Shown piece after piece: positions 18,870 through 29,323 of a DNA stretch of 64,000 nt. The stretch's first letter is position 1. Each line of letters opens with the position of its first letter. A model generated the notes under the pieces. The model saw only the letters and a list, made by a program, of their open reading frames with translations. It ran no database searches and was not told the origin of the DNA. The stretch is from sequence record NZ_LC532224.1; one strand, written 5' to 3'. The stretch comes from a plasmid. Made by a program: the position numbers and the translations under genes.

Positions 18870-19021
18870 CCTTTCTTATCGAAACTCGTTGAGATGATAT
18901 GCAATCAAGAATAGAATTTCAAGAACTATTTTCGAGAATCGCAATGCCTTGATTCCCGTGCCGCGCCGGTTGCCTTGGCGGGCTTGTCACAAACCTACGT
19001 TTTCAAGAAGAAGGAAACCGC

Positions 19022-21988
19022 ATGCCCCGCCGTTCGATCCTCTCCGCCGCCGAGCGCGAAAGCCTGCTGGCGTTGCCGGACACCAAGGATGAGTTGATCC
19101 GTCACTACACGTTCAGCGAAAGCGACCTCTCCATCATCCGGCAGCGGCGCGGCCCGGCCAATCGGCTGGGCTTCGCGGTGCAGCTCTGCTACCTGCGCTT
19201 TCCCGGCGTCATCCTTGGCGCTGATGAGCCACCGTTCCCGCCATTGCTGAGACTGGTCGCCAACCAGCTCAAGGTCGGCATCGAAAGCTGGGACGAGTAC
19301 GGGCAGCGTGAGCAGACCCGACGCGAGCACCTGGTCGAGCTGCAAACGGTGTTCGGCTTCCAGCCGTTCACGATTGGCCACTACCGGCAGGCTGTCCAGT
19401 TGCTGACCGAGCTGGCCATGCAAACCGACAAGGGCATCGTGCTGGCCAGAGCCTTGATCGAGCACCTGCGGCGGCAGTCGGTCATTGTGCCCGCCCTCAA
19501 CGCCGTCGAGCGGGCGAGCGCCGAAGCGATTACCCGCGCCAACCGGCGTCTCTACGACGCCTTGGCTGAGCCGCTGACGGACGTGCATCGCCGTCGCCTC
19601 GACGATCTGCTCAAGCGCCGCGACAACGGCAAGACGACGTGGCTGGCCTGGCTGCGGCAATCCCCGGTCAAACCGAACTCGCGGCACATGCTGGAACACA
19701 TCGAACGCCTCAAGGCGTGGCAGGCGCTCGACCTGCCCTCCGGCATCGAGCGGCTGGTTCACCAGAACCGGCTGCTCAAGATCGCCCGCGAGGGCGGCCA
19801 GATGACGCCCGCCGACCTGGCGAAGTTCGAGCCGCAGCGGCGTTACGCGACCCTGGTGGCGCTCGCCATCGAGGGCATGGCCACCGTCACCGACGAAATC
19901 ATCGACCTGCATGACCGCATCCTGGGCAAGCTGTTCAATGCCGCCAAGAACAAGCATCAGCAGCAGTTCCAGGCATCCGGCAAGGCGATCAATGCCAAGG
20001 TGCGGCTGTTCGGGCGCATCGGCCAGGCGCTGATCGAGGCCAAGCAAGCGGGCCGCGATCCGTTCGCCGCCATCGAGGCCGTCATGTCCTGGGATGCTTT
20101 CGCCGAGAGCGTCACCGAAGCGCAGCGGCTCGCGCAACCCGAGGACTTCGATTTCCTGCACCGCATCGGCGAGAGCTACGCCACGCTGCGCCGCTACGCG
20201 CCGGAATTTCTCGACGTGCTCAAGTTGCGGGCCGCGCCCGCCGCCAAGGACGTACTCGACGCCATCGAGGTGCTGCGCAGCATGAACAGCGACAACGCCC
20301 GCAAGGTGCCCACCGACGCGCCGACCGAGTTCATCAAGCCGCGCTGGCAGAAGCTGGTGATGACCGACACCGGCATCGACCGGCGCTACTACGAACTGTG
20401 CGCGCTGTCGGAGCTGAAGAACGCGCTGCGCTCCGGCGACATCTGGGTGCAAGGCTCGCGCCAGTTCAAGGACTTCGAGGACTACCTGGTGCCGCCCGCG
20501 AAATTCGCCAGCCTCAAGCAGGCCAGCGAATTGCCGCTGGCCGTGGCCACCGATTGCGACCAGTACCTGCATGACCGGCTGACGCTGCTGGAAACGCAGC
20601 TCGCCACCGTCAACCGCATGGCGCTGGCCAACGAGCTGCCGGACGCCATCATCACGGAGTCGGGCCTGAAGATCACGCCGCTCGATGCGGCGGTGCCCGA
20701 TACCGCACAGGCCCTGATCGACCAGACGGCGATGATCCTACCGCACGTCAAGATCACCGAATTGCTGCTGGAGGTAGACGAATGGACGGGCTTCACCCGG
20801 CACTTCGCCCACCTGAAGTCAGGCGACCTGGCCAAGGACAAAAACCTGTTGCTGACCACGATCCTCGCCGACGCGATCAACCTGGGCCTGACCAAGATGG
20901 CGGAATCGTGCCCCGGCACGACCTACGCCAAGCTGGCCTGGCTGCAAGCCTGGCACATCCGCGACGAAACCTACGGGGCGGCACTGGCCGAGCTGGTCAA
21001 CGCGCAGTTCCGACATCCCTTCGCCGGGCATTGGGGCGACGGCACCACGTCATCGTCGGACGGCCAGAACTTCCGCACCGGCAGCAAGGCCGAGAGCACC
21101 GGCCACATCAATCCGAAATACGGCAGCAGCCCAGGGCGGACGTTCTACACCCATATCTCCGACCAGTACGCGCCGTTCCACACCAAGGTCGTGAACGTCG
21201 GCGTGCGCGACTCGACCTACGTGCTCGACGGCCTGCTGTATCACGAATCCGACCTGCGGATCGAGGAGCACTACACCGACACGGCAGGGTTCACGGACCA
21301 CGTCTTCGCGTTGATGCACCTGCTGGGCTTCCGCTTCGCCCCGCGCATTCGTGACCTGGGCGACACCAAGCTCTACATCCCGAAGGGCGATGCCACCTAC
21401 GAGGCGTTGAAACCGATGATCGGCGGCACGCTCAACATCAAGCACGTCCGCGCCCATTGGGATGAAATCCTGCGGATGGCCACCTCGATCAAGCAGGGCA
21501 CGGCGACGGCCTCGCTGATGCTCAGGAAGCTTGGCAGCTACCCGCGCCAGAACGGCCTGGCCGTCGCCCTGCGTGAGCTGGGACGCATCGAGCGCACACT
21601 GTTCATCCTGGACTGGCTGCAAAGCGTCGAGCTGCGCCGCCGCGTGCATGCCGGGCTGAACAAAGGCGAGGCGCGCAACGCGCTGGCCCGCGCCGTGTTC
21701 TTCAACCGCCTGGGGGAAATCCGCGACCGCAGCTTCGAGCAGCAGCGCTACCGGGCCAGCGGCCTCAACCTGGTGACGGCGGCCATCGTGCTATGGAACA
21801 CGGTCTATCTGGAGCGGGCCGCGAACGCCTTGCGTGGCCACGGTCAAGCCGTCGATGACGGCCTGTTGCAGTACCTGTCGCCGCTCGGCTGGGAGCACAT
21901 CAACCTGACCGGCGATTACCTCTGGCGCAGCAGCGCCAAGATCGGCGCGGGCAAGTTCAGGCCGCTACGGCCGCTGCAACCGGCTTAG
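19022..21988 (+). CDS. tnpA: Tn3-family transposase TnpA (Tn21/Tn1721-like)
   Basis: The 988-aa protein begins [20 protein letters not shown]..., which I recall as near-collinear with Tn21 TnpA. Its stop lies in the inner terminal repeat. Confidence 0.95.
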   Translation: MPRRSILSAAERESLLALPDTKDELIRHYTFSESDLSIIRQRRGPANRLGFAVQLCYLRFPGVILGADEPPFPPLLRLVANQLKVGIESWDEYGQREQTRREHLVELQTVFGFQPFTIGHYRQAVQLLTELAMQTDKGIVLARALIEHLRRQSVIVPALNAVERASAEAITRANRRLYDALAEPLTDVHRRRLDDLLKRRDNGKTTWLAWLRQSPVKPNSRHMLEHIERLKAWQALDLPSGIERLVHQNRLLKIAREGGQMTPADLAKFEPQRRYATLVALAIEGMATVTDEIIDLHDRILGKLFNAAKNKHQQQFQASGKAINAKVRLFGRIGQALIEAKQAGRDPFAAIEAVMSWDAFAESVTEAQRLAQPEDFDFLHRIGESYATLRRYAPEFLDVLKLRAAPAAKDVLDAIEVLRSMNSDNARKVPTDAPTEFIKPRWQKLVMTDTGIDRRYYELCALSELKNALRSGDIWVQGSRQFKDFEDYLVPPAKFASLKQASELPLAVATDCDQYLHDRLTLLETQLATVNRMALANELPDAIITESGLKITPLDAAVPDTAQALIDQTAMILPHVKITELLLEVDEWTGFTRHFAHLKSGDLAKDKNLLLTTILADAINLGLTKMAESCPGTTYAKLAWLQAWHIRDETYGAALAELVNAQFRHPFAGHWGDGTTSSSDGQNFRTGSKAESTGHINPKYGSSPGRTFYTHISDQYAPFHTKVVNVGVRDSTYVLDGLLYHESDLRIEEHYTDTAGFTDHVFALMHLLGFRFAPRIRDLGDTKLYIPKGDATYEALKPMIGGTLNIKHVRAHWDEILRMATSIKQGTATASLMLRKLGSYPRQNGLAVALRELGRIERTLFILDWLQSVELRRRVHAGLNKGEARNALARAVFFNRLGEIRDRSFEQQRYRASGLNLVTAAIVLWNTVYLERAANALRGHGQAVDDGLLQYLSPLGWEHINLTGDYLWRSSAKIGAGKFRPLRPLQPA

Positions 21989-21999
21989 CGTGCTTTATT

Positions 22000-23325
22000 T
22001 AATGAGATGGTCACTCCCTCCTTCCCGGTACTATGCTGAGGACAGGCTTTCATTCGGAGAACTATCATGGAAAACATTGCGCTCATTGGTATCGATCTGG
22101 GTAAAAACTCTTTCCATATTCATTGCCAGGATCGTCGCGGGAAGGCTGTTTACCGTAAAAAATTTACCCGGCCAAAGTTGATCGAATTTTTGGCGACATG
22201 CCCCGCTACAACCATCGCAATGGAAGCCTGTGGCGGTTCTCACTTTATGGCACGCAAGTTGGAAGAGTTGGGGCATTCCCCAAAGCTGATATCACCACAA
22301 TTTGTCCGCCCGTTCGTTAAAAGCAATAAAAACGACTTTGTCGACGCCGAAGCTATTTGTGAAGCTGCATCGCGTCCGTCTATGCGTTTTGTGCAGCCCA
22401 GAACGGAATCTCAGCAGGCAATGCGGGCTCTGCATCGTGTCCGTGAATCCCTGGTTCAGGATAAGGTAAAAACAACCAATCAAATGCATGCTTTTCTGCT
22501 GGAATTTGGCATTAGCGTTCCCCGAGGAGCTGCCGTTATTAGCCGACTGAGTACCATTCTTGAGGATAATAGTTTGCCTCTTTACCTCAGCCAGTTATTG
22601 CTGAAATTACAACAGCATTATCACTATCTTGTTGAGCAGATTAAAGATTTGGAATCCCAGTTGAAACGAAAGTTGGACGAAGATGAGGTTGGACAGCGCT
22701 TGCTGAGCATTCCCTGCGTCGGAACACTGACAGCGAGTACTATTTCAACTGAGATTGGCGACGGGAAGCAGTACGCCAGCAGCCGTGACTTTGCGGCGGC
22801 AACAGGGCTTGTACCTCGGCAGTACAGCACGGGAGGTAGGACGACATTGCTGGGAATTAGTAAGCGAGGTAATAAAAAGATCCGAACTTTGTTGGTTCAA
22901 TGTGCCAGGGTATTCATACAAAAACTGGAACACCAGTCTGGCAAATTGGCCGATTGGGTCAGGGATTTACTGTGCCGGAAAAGCAACTTTGTCGTCACTT
23001 GTGCTCTGGCAAACAAGCTGGCCAGAATAGCCTGGGCCCTAACGGCACGACAGCAAACTTATGTAGCATAACGGCAGAAATACACCGGTTTAAAGAATTA
23101 CTGATCTGGTTTTGCGAATACTGATATTGATGATACTAACGGCCCACCGGCCTGTTGAGGAACCTGTAAAACGGAAAGGCTCATTGAAGCCGTATATTTT
23201 CTGGAGGTTCATCAGGCGCGGAACTCATCAAGGCGCGGGAATAAAATCCCATTCAGACGCCGGATAGATTCAAGCAAGCCAACTTGTCGTCAAAATCGGT
23301 GTTGCAAAAACGGGAGTGACCATAG
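22000..23325 (+). mobile_element. IS4321/IS5075-like IS110-family insertion sequence, copy 2, in the opposite transposon terminal repeat, inverted relative to copy 1
   Basis: Same end sequences and the same insertion point in the terminal repeat as copy 1. Confidence 0.85.
22067..23071 (+). CDS. IS110-family transposase (identical to 14749-15753)
   Basis: Identical 334-aa product. Confidence 0.9.
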   Translation: MENIALIGIDLGKNSFHIHCQDRRGKAVYRKKFTRPKLIEFLATCPATTIAMEACGGSHFMARKLEELGHSPKLISPQFVRPFVKSNKNDFVDAEAICEAASRPSMRFVQPRTESQQAMRALHRVRESLVQDKVKTTNQMHAFLLEFGISVPRGAAVISRLSTILEDNSLPLYLSQLLLKLQQHYHYLVEQIKDLESQLKRKLDEDEVGQRLLSIPCVGTLTASTISTEIGDGKQYASSRDFAAATGLVPRQYSTGGRTTLLGISKRGNKKIRTLLVQCARVFIQKLEHQSGKLADWVRDLLCRKSNFVVTCALANKLARIAWALTARQQTYVA

Positions 23326-23347
23326 ATTCCGTTTTCTGAGACGACCC

Positions 23348-23728
23348 CTGATCGGGCTGAATGAGCAGGAATTTCCTGGCGGCAAACCCGATGATGTTTA
23401 CAGCGTTCGCACATCGATGAACACCCCTCCGGCCGAAGAGGAAATCGAGGAGGAACGTCGGCTGTTTTATGTCGGTATCACTCGCACAAAACAGCAGCTA
23501 AATCTGGTGGTCCCTCTTGATGAAGGGCTTGCGCGGTGGCTCAAAAACCGCTGGGATAGCACCCCGAAGAAGTCACCGATAGCTACTCGCTTCGTCTATG
23601 AGGCTGGCTGGACTGCTTGTGCGGTTACCAGTGATGCGATCTATAACAGCACGGTAGAGAAACAGAAGGCTGACTTCAGCAAGTTTCACCAATGGTATCT
23701 AAGAGATCTTCAGCGGCTAAAAGTCTAG
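23348..23728 (+). pseudogene. UvrD-like helicase C-terminal remainder (motif VI RRLFYVGITRTK) displaced by transposon insertion
   Basis: The frame continues from ...WDNVILI (14471) across the TGATC duplication to GLNEQEFPGGKPDDVY...RRLFYVGITRTKQQL. Removing 14472-23347 plus one TGATC copy restores one ~690-aa helicase ORF. Confidence 0.8.
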
Positions 23729-23730
23729 GG

Positions 23731-23985
23731 CTACCGATACTTTTCGATTTCAGACAGGTGCTCGTTATCCAGATCAATTGTGGCTTTTCTTTCAGAAGCG
23801 AGCTTCTTCGCTCGCTTTGCATACTGAAGCCCCTTGGCTGGCTGCTCTCCGCGTAGGATCTGTTCAGCCTGCTTGCTCGTGCTGTGCCCCAGAAAGCGTT
23901 CGTACTGCTCGTCAGATACCTCAGTGCCGATCAGTCGTTCGATCCAGCCGCTTTTCGGCGGGTAACTTACGCCCAGCGCAAGCAA
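23731..23985 (-). CDS. small hypothetical ORF (possibly gene fragment)
   Basis: ORF only. Confidence 0.25.
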   Translation of the reverse strand: MLALGVSYPPKSGWIERLIGTEVSDEQYERFLGHSTSKQAEQILRGEQPAKGLQYAKRAKKLASERKATIDLDNEHLSEIEKYR

Positions 23986-24104
23986 CTGCCTTTTCTGTAC
24001 CCACTATTTCCGGCGCGGCCGGCTTCAATCAAGGCTTTGGTTAGAACTACAGCCATTTGGGGACTCTCATACACAAACCTGAACCATGCGGGTCTGATTG
24101 GCGG

Positions 24105-24358
24105 TCAAGATAGCAGCGCATCGAAATCAACACTGAACTCTGCTTCTAAGAACTCAATCGTGGCTGGTTGGCTATCGAGCGATGCTTCCCGTGTAGACTC
24201 CAGTGCGCACTCCAATCGACGCAGCAGAGTAAACGGCAAAATGATCTTGCCGAAGTCGGTATGCTTGAAATCCCCCCCCACAGGTCTTCCGCGTTCTTCC
24301 AAATGAAATCAGCTTGCGAAGCAGCCGAACCTACGAACTCTGCCATCTTGGCCTCCAA
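24105..24358 (-). pseudogene. frameshifted gene remnants (weak resemblance to N-terminus of an N6-adenine DNA methyltransferase)
   Basis: Two overlapping minus-strand ORF fragments in different frames (…[21 protein letters not shown]… and …[24 protein letters not shown]…). A homopolymer tract tcccccccc lies at 24283-24291. Very tentative. Confidence 0.25.
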
Positions 24359-24971
24359 CCAACTTTTGCACGAAACGGCACATCTTCCAAAAGAGGGTTG
24401 TCAACCAAGTTTTGCACAAAACGGACTTTGATCCATTTCTAACTAAAATCTACAATCCAACCTCAGATTGCAAATAGCCTATGTTTATTACAGATGGTAT
24501 GGTTCGTGTTTTTGTTTATTCGATGGCAACTGTACTCTTTCTGCCGCTTGGCTTGTTGAAAAGCACGTGGTGGTTTTCACCATTGTTTGCGATAGCTGCT
24601 ATTGATTACTTAATGTTTCTGCGTCGACAAGGCTAGTTGCTGAACCTCATACCTCAGAGCAATCTGTATGTTTTTTACACCACTGGTTAAAAGGTCAGGC
24701 TACGTTCCTGACGTTTTTTAAAAAACAGTTTTATGTTTGATGCGTTACTGGTCTGTCTGGTAACCCAGTGGTACATTACCATTATTAAGGCTGGCTGGCG
24801 GTGGTGCATCATGCTTAAACGACCCTCTCTGAGCGTACTTTCCGACAGTCCTGTGCACCGCACCACTTACCCGGCAGGCCTATGTCTTGGTTATTCTTCG
24901 TTGTACCTTTTTCTTCAGCTTTATCCCTGACATGTCTGTCTGAACAGTTCTAAGCAAACCGGAATGTTGTC

Positions 24972-25313
24972 ATGGCCAAAGTACAAGGGCTCTTTGTTGG
25001 ATACCGAAAATTCGCTGTTGATCGCGACTGGCTTCGTCAGCAGGAAGAACAACGTTATCGGGATCGCCAGCGACAATTTGATGAATGGTCCAGGAAATGG
25101 GTCACTGTAACCAGGCTCAAAGAGACTCGTTTATGGACTGACGGAGCCATCAGGCGATGGTTGGGTGAACCTCAGCAGCAGGGTAAATATAAAGTTTTCC
25201 CCGTTGAAGCGGTTTTGGCTGCTGAGAAGTTGAATGAGTTTCGGCTCTGGCTTAAACCCCGACTGGAAAAGAAACGTGCCCAGCACCACCACTTTTTAAT
25301 TCCATTTCTGTAA
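24972..25313 (+). CDS. hypothetical protein (113 aa, basic)
   Basis: ORF only. Confidence 0.4.
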   Translation: MAKVQGLFVGYRKFAVDRDWLRQQEEQRYRDRQRQFDEWSRKWVTVTRLKETRLWTDGAIRRWLGEPQQQGKYKVFPVEAVLAAEKLNEFRLWLKPRLEKKRAQHHHFLIPFL

Positions 25314-25404
25314 AGTAGAAACAACGGCAGTTCCGGCCGCATTCAAGGCTTCGGCATCTGGTCAGAAATAAAGCGCCATTTTTCAGTATAAGGGAGGTTA
25401 GATA

Positions 25405-25596
25405 GTGGAAGGTATTGAGACACTGAGTTTGCAGCTTGATGAGAATGAAACTATGGCCCTTGCTCAATTAGTTAAACGTCTGAACTGGAGCGATCTTCGT
25501 GGCTGTGCTGTGAGTGACGAAGAAGCCTGGGTAATGAAAAGCGCAATTGAAAAATTACAACAGGCGTTAAGGGAAGAAGGTTATGCGCCTCGATGA
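25405..25596 (+). CDS. small hypothetical protein (63 aa)
   Basis: An ORF with Shine-Dalgarno aggga ggt upstream. Confidence 0.4.
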   Translation: MEGIETLSLQLDENETMALAQLVKRLNWSDLRGCAVSDEEAWVMKSAIEKLQQALREEGYAPR

Positions 25597-25836
25597 GGCT
25601 GGCTTCGTTCTTTATTCCGATAACAAATTTGCTTAAGGACTAACTATGAGCCAGCACTGGTATGAGGTGAAAAGCAATCAGGGAATTGTTCAGGTGATTG
25701 TTGGGAGAAGATATTAATGTAATGCGTTTCTGCATTACATCAAGCAGATTAGCTTTTTCTGGTCAAAATAGACGATGTGATTTTTCTTTAGCCGAAGTCC
25801 ATCCGCTCCCCACGCAACCGGTAAAGGTTCGCAGGT

Positions 25837-26292
25837 TTAATAAAGATAGGTTTCGTATCTCCCTAAGGGTGGGATAGGTAAACTCATAATGGCATCTGTG
25901 TTTACTATGTAAGTATTCGGGTAAAATTCATCTAATACAGTAAAGTTTAGTTTCTTACAAAAGCTTAATAAATATGGGTTTTTCACGTCTTCTATTACAA
26001 CATCGCACCAGGGATTCGATTCACAGCAAAGCTTCAGAAAAGACTTAAACCATCCCTTGTTTTGTATTTCTTCCGGAAGCCGTACCACATGTATGGTCAG
26101 ACAATCTCCATGATAACGATTAGTACTTTGTCTAAGCCCTACAACAATCCCCTTTTCTTGAATCTGTACACCTGCCTGATGCTCTTTCATGTCGGGCGTA
26201 TAGTGCCTTGCTCTGTTTAACCAGGCCACCAGCTGCTGAGCCGTACTTGGTGATTCTTCAGCTATCCATTTCAGGTACTTGATGCGGTCCAT
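25837..26292 (-). CDS. hypothetical protein (151 aa)
   Basis: ORF only. Confidence 0.4.
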   Translation of the reverse strand: MDRIKYLKWIAEESPSTAQQLVAWLNRARHYTPDMKEHQAGVQIQEKGIVVGLRQSTNRYHGDCLTIHVVRLPEEIQNKGWFKSFLKLCCESNPWCDVVIEDVKNPYLLSFCKKLNFTVLDEFYPNTYIVNTDAIMSLPIPPLGRYETYLY

Positions 26293-26382
26293 ATGCGCCT
26301 CCCTGTACGATTTCCAATGAACAAAGGCTCTACAGTATTAAGCTGCTGTAGAGCTCATTCAACCAAGCTCAAACTGTGCGTA

Positions 26383-27624
26383 TTAAAGGATGCCTAACCT
26401 TTTTGTTTCATCGATCCACGGTCTGAATTCTTCCAGTAGATTATCATATAACTTTTCATCGCTAATCGAACCGAAATCATCCATGGCAAAGAAGTGGGTG
26501 TTATCAACCCGGCGGTCAGTAAAGTCATCCAGATTTTTGAGGATACCGTAGCTTGAACCACCCAGGCCGACAAACTTCCAGAAGATGGGGTAGTTGGCAG
26601 AACGCCGGATTGCATCTTTAATCGCCCGGGTCTTGCTGATCCCGCCATCGGTAATAAATACAACATACACCGGGATTTTCGAGTCCTTAAAGTAGTCGAC
26701 TATTTCTTCCATCACAGGAGGCTCGTTGTTTGTCCCTCCGAGGCCCGGCAGGTTCTCCCAGGCTGAACGCTTTCCAGCCCCGCGAATGGACTGAATATAT
26801 GTGTCCAGGTTGTCCAGTGTGACGTTTGGATACTTCTTATGCTTCTCTCCAAATCCCCAGACATCCATTTCACCGTCGTCGTCGAACTGGGCGGCAAGAA
26901 CGGCGATGCGGTCCAGCACAGACTGAACGTTACCCTTACTGAACTGGCCACTCATTGAGCCGGATGCGTCAAGTACAAATGCAACCGCTGCCTCAAGGGT
27001 GTCCAGTTTATTTTTAGTAAGACTGACCGAGGCTTTTTTAGCGAGGCTTACAAGGCGCGGAGATCTGGTTTCCAGTTTCTTTTCCAGACTGATACGAGCA
27101 GGCTTTGCTGGCTGCGGAGCTGGCTGTGCGACATCAACGCCATAGCTAATGGCCAGAGGCTCAAGACCACCGTTGAAACCCTGCCCGAGCGCACGAAGCT
27201 TCCAGGCGCCATTGTGCCGATATACTTCACCCAGGATAATTGCTTTCTCACTGCGGCCCTGAGTCTCAGCCTGGAACTCAGCGATTCCTTGAGCCTGCAT
27301 GCTCAACGAACTGAGCCCACTGATGGTATCTTCACCATCAATGACAACTGTGATTGCAATTTTACTGATGTTCGCAGGAACACGATCCAGTGCTATCTCA
27401 ATGCTGGACTGCTGAGAACCGGTAACGAGCTTTACTGCCCCTTCAGGAGAAGACAGATTATTGTAAAAGATAAAGTCAGAATCGCCGCTGACCTTTCCCT
27501 GAGCATTAAGCAGGAACAGGCAGGTATCGGGTTCGCCTTTAAAGCCGGATTTGGTAGGGTACTGAAGATTCAGCCTGATCGCAGATTGCTGAAGTGGTAT
27601 GTTTTGTCCGGATTGTAGATTCAC
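26383..27624 (-). CDS. terF: TerF: TerD-domain + C-terminal vWA-domain protein
   Basis: The N-terminal TerD fold ([29 protein letters not shown]) is followed by a vWA/MIDAS (VLDASGSM...ITDGG). It is the last gene after terE. Confidence 0.8.
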
Positions 27625-28010
27625 ATTAACTCTCCTGATTTTTGATTATTTTAAAGCGCAGCGTTTATATAGGTTCCCCTGGCTTAGTTCAGGACGCTGG
27701 ATTTCTGGTGAGGCGTATATATGGTGTGACACCATATTTCATCACGTTGAAGTTTCTATACCTGTTGAATTGGAATTTCCATTGGTCGGGTATTTTATCT
27801 TCCAGAACCCGTGCCTTCATAAGTCGCAAACGTAACATATATCAGAGGGGCATGCTGTTGATATAAGGCACGGAATACAGGCTTTAACCAGCAACCAGAG
27901 AAAAATCCGTTTCCTGCCTTTAAAAGGCTCACGTCAGAATTAACATCTCTCTGCTTTCTGAGATTCCCGAACCCTTTCTGCCCCCCCCCTCCTGATAGCG
28001 GATCGCAACC

Positions 28011-28035
28011 AAAAAAAACCCCGGCATTGCCGGGG
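28011..28035 (-). terminator. rho-independent terminator downstream of terE
   Basis: On the minus strand the hairpin ccccggcaatgccgggg is followed by a T8 run. Confidence 0.6.
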
Positions 28036-28052
28036 TATGATTCAGCGTTATT

Positions 28053-28628
28053 TTAGATGTTAACGCCGTGCTGGGAGGCAAGAGCCGCCAGGCCACCGGC
28101 AAAGCCCTGACCGACAGCTTTAAACTTCCACTCAGCGCCATGACGATACAGTTCACCGAAGACCATAGCGGTTTCGGTTGAGGCATCTTCAGACAGATCG
28201 AAACGGGCAATTTCCGTGCCGTTGTCGTTGTTGTAAACGCGCATGAAGCTGTTGCTCACCATGCCGAAGTTTTGTTTACGCGCTTCTGCATCATAGATGG
28301 TAACGGCAAACACCAGTTTTTTGATATCTGCTGAGACTTTGGTCAGATCGATTTTGACCTGCTCATCGTCGCCGTCGCCTTCACCGGTACGGTTGTCGCC
28401 CTGGTGCTCTACCGCGCCATCAGGGCTGGTTTTGTTATTGAAGAAAATGAAATGCGCATCTGACAACACTTTACCGTCTTCGCCTACTGCGAACACGGAA
28501 GCGTCCAGGTCAAAACCCTGACCATCGGTTACACGGGCATCCCAGCCTAGGCCAACCATAGCAACATTCATGGTTGGTGCTTCTTTGGTCAGAGATACAT
28601 TGCCGCCTTTTACGAGAGAAACTGCCAT
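28053..28628 (-). CDS. terE: TerE (TerD family)
   Basis: [15 protein letters not shown]...[13 protein letters not shown]...[19 protein letters not shown]. The start is at the internal Met of the listed ORF. Confidence 0.9.
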   Translation of the reverse strand: MAVSLVKGGNVSLTKEAPTMNVAMVGLGWDARVTDGQGFDLDASVFAVGEDGKVLSDAHFIFFNNKTSPDGAVEHQGDNRTGEGDGDDEQVKIDLTKVSADIKKLVFAVTIYDAEARKQNFGMVSNSFMRVYNNDNGTEIARFDLSEDASTETAMVFGELYRHGAEWKFKAVGQGFAGGLAALASQHGVNI

Positions 28629-28696
28629 TTTTAGCTCCTGCAAACAGTTGAATGAGGGCTGCATTAACAGCCCCGGGTAGAAAAGTTACTTTTTGA

Positions 28697-29275
28697 TCAG
28701 GACGCGTTAATGCCGTACTGAGCACATACAGATGCCAGACCACCAGCATAACCCTGACCTACTGCGCGGAATTTCCACTCACCATTGTGGCGATACAGCT
28801 CGCCGAACAGCATGGCAGTCTCAGTGGACGCATCTTCGGTCAGATCGTAGCGAGCAACTTCAGTCTGGTTATCGTCATTAACCAGACGAATAAACGCACC
28901 GGATACCTGACCAAAGCTCTGGCGACGAGCCTGAGCATCGTGGATGGTCACAACGAAGATGATCTTGTCAACTTCAGACGGGACGGCGTCCAGTTTAATT
29001 TTCAGCGATTCATCATCACCATCGCCCTCACCGGTGCGGTTATCGCCGGTGTGCGTTACGGAACCGTCGGATGACGTCAGGTTGTTATAGAAGATGAAAT
29101 CTGAATCGCCGCGCACTTTGCCGTTTGAGGCCAGCAGGAATGCTGAAGCATCCAGGTCAAAGTCCTGACCGTCTGTTGAACGCGCATCCCAGCCAAGGCC
29201 CACCAGGACGTTTTTCATTGACGGAGCTGCTTTACTTAGGGAGACGTTCCCGCCTTTGGAAAGAGAAACACTCAT
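28697..29275 (-). CDS. terD: TerD
   Basis: [15 protein letters not shown]...[13 protein letters not shown]...; a TerD-family protein 192 aa long. Confidence 0.9.
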   Translation of the reverse strand: MSVSLSKGGNVSLSKAAPSMKNVLVGLGWDARSTDGQDFDLDASAFLLASNGKVRGDSDFIFYNNLTSSDGSVTHTGDNRTGEGDGDDESLKIKLDAVPSEVDKIIFVVTIHDAQARRQSFGQVSGAFIRLVNDDNQTEVARYDLTEDASTETAMLFGELYRHNGEWKFRAVGQGYAGGLASVCAQYGINAS

Positions 29276-29323
29276 AAAATAACCTCTTCGATTAGTAATT
29301 GTTCAGGTTAACACTTAAGGGGA

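Larger units (their letters stand above)
14472..23347. mobile_element. Tn21-subfamily (Tn3-family) transposon, ~8.9 kb, flanked by 5-bp TGATC target duplications; both terminal repeats split by IS insertions
   Basis: The outer repeat halves GGGGTCGTCTCAGAAAACGGAA are at 14472-14493 and (reverse complement) 23326-23347. The inner halves AATAAAGCACGCTAAG are at 15821-15836 and 21984-21999. TGATC lies at 14467-14471 and 23348-23352. GC content is much higher than in the flanking DNA. Confidence 0.85.

Noticed and set aside
18995-20572. 525-aa minus-strand ORF antisense to tnpA, plus many 60-200-aa ORFs across 19.1-21.7 kb.
   Set aside because: These are spurious open frames typical of 65% GC DNA; tnpA on the plus strand is collinear with Tn21 TnpA.
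27985-28001. Homopolymer tract tgccccccccctcc, and similar C8 runs at 60121 and 24283, as possible phase-variable repeats.
   Set aside because: They lie in intergenic/terminator or degraded regions, not inside intact ORFs or promoter spacers, so phase variation is not supported.
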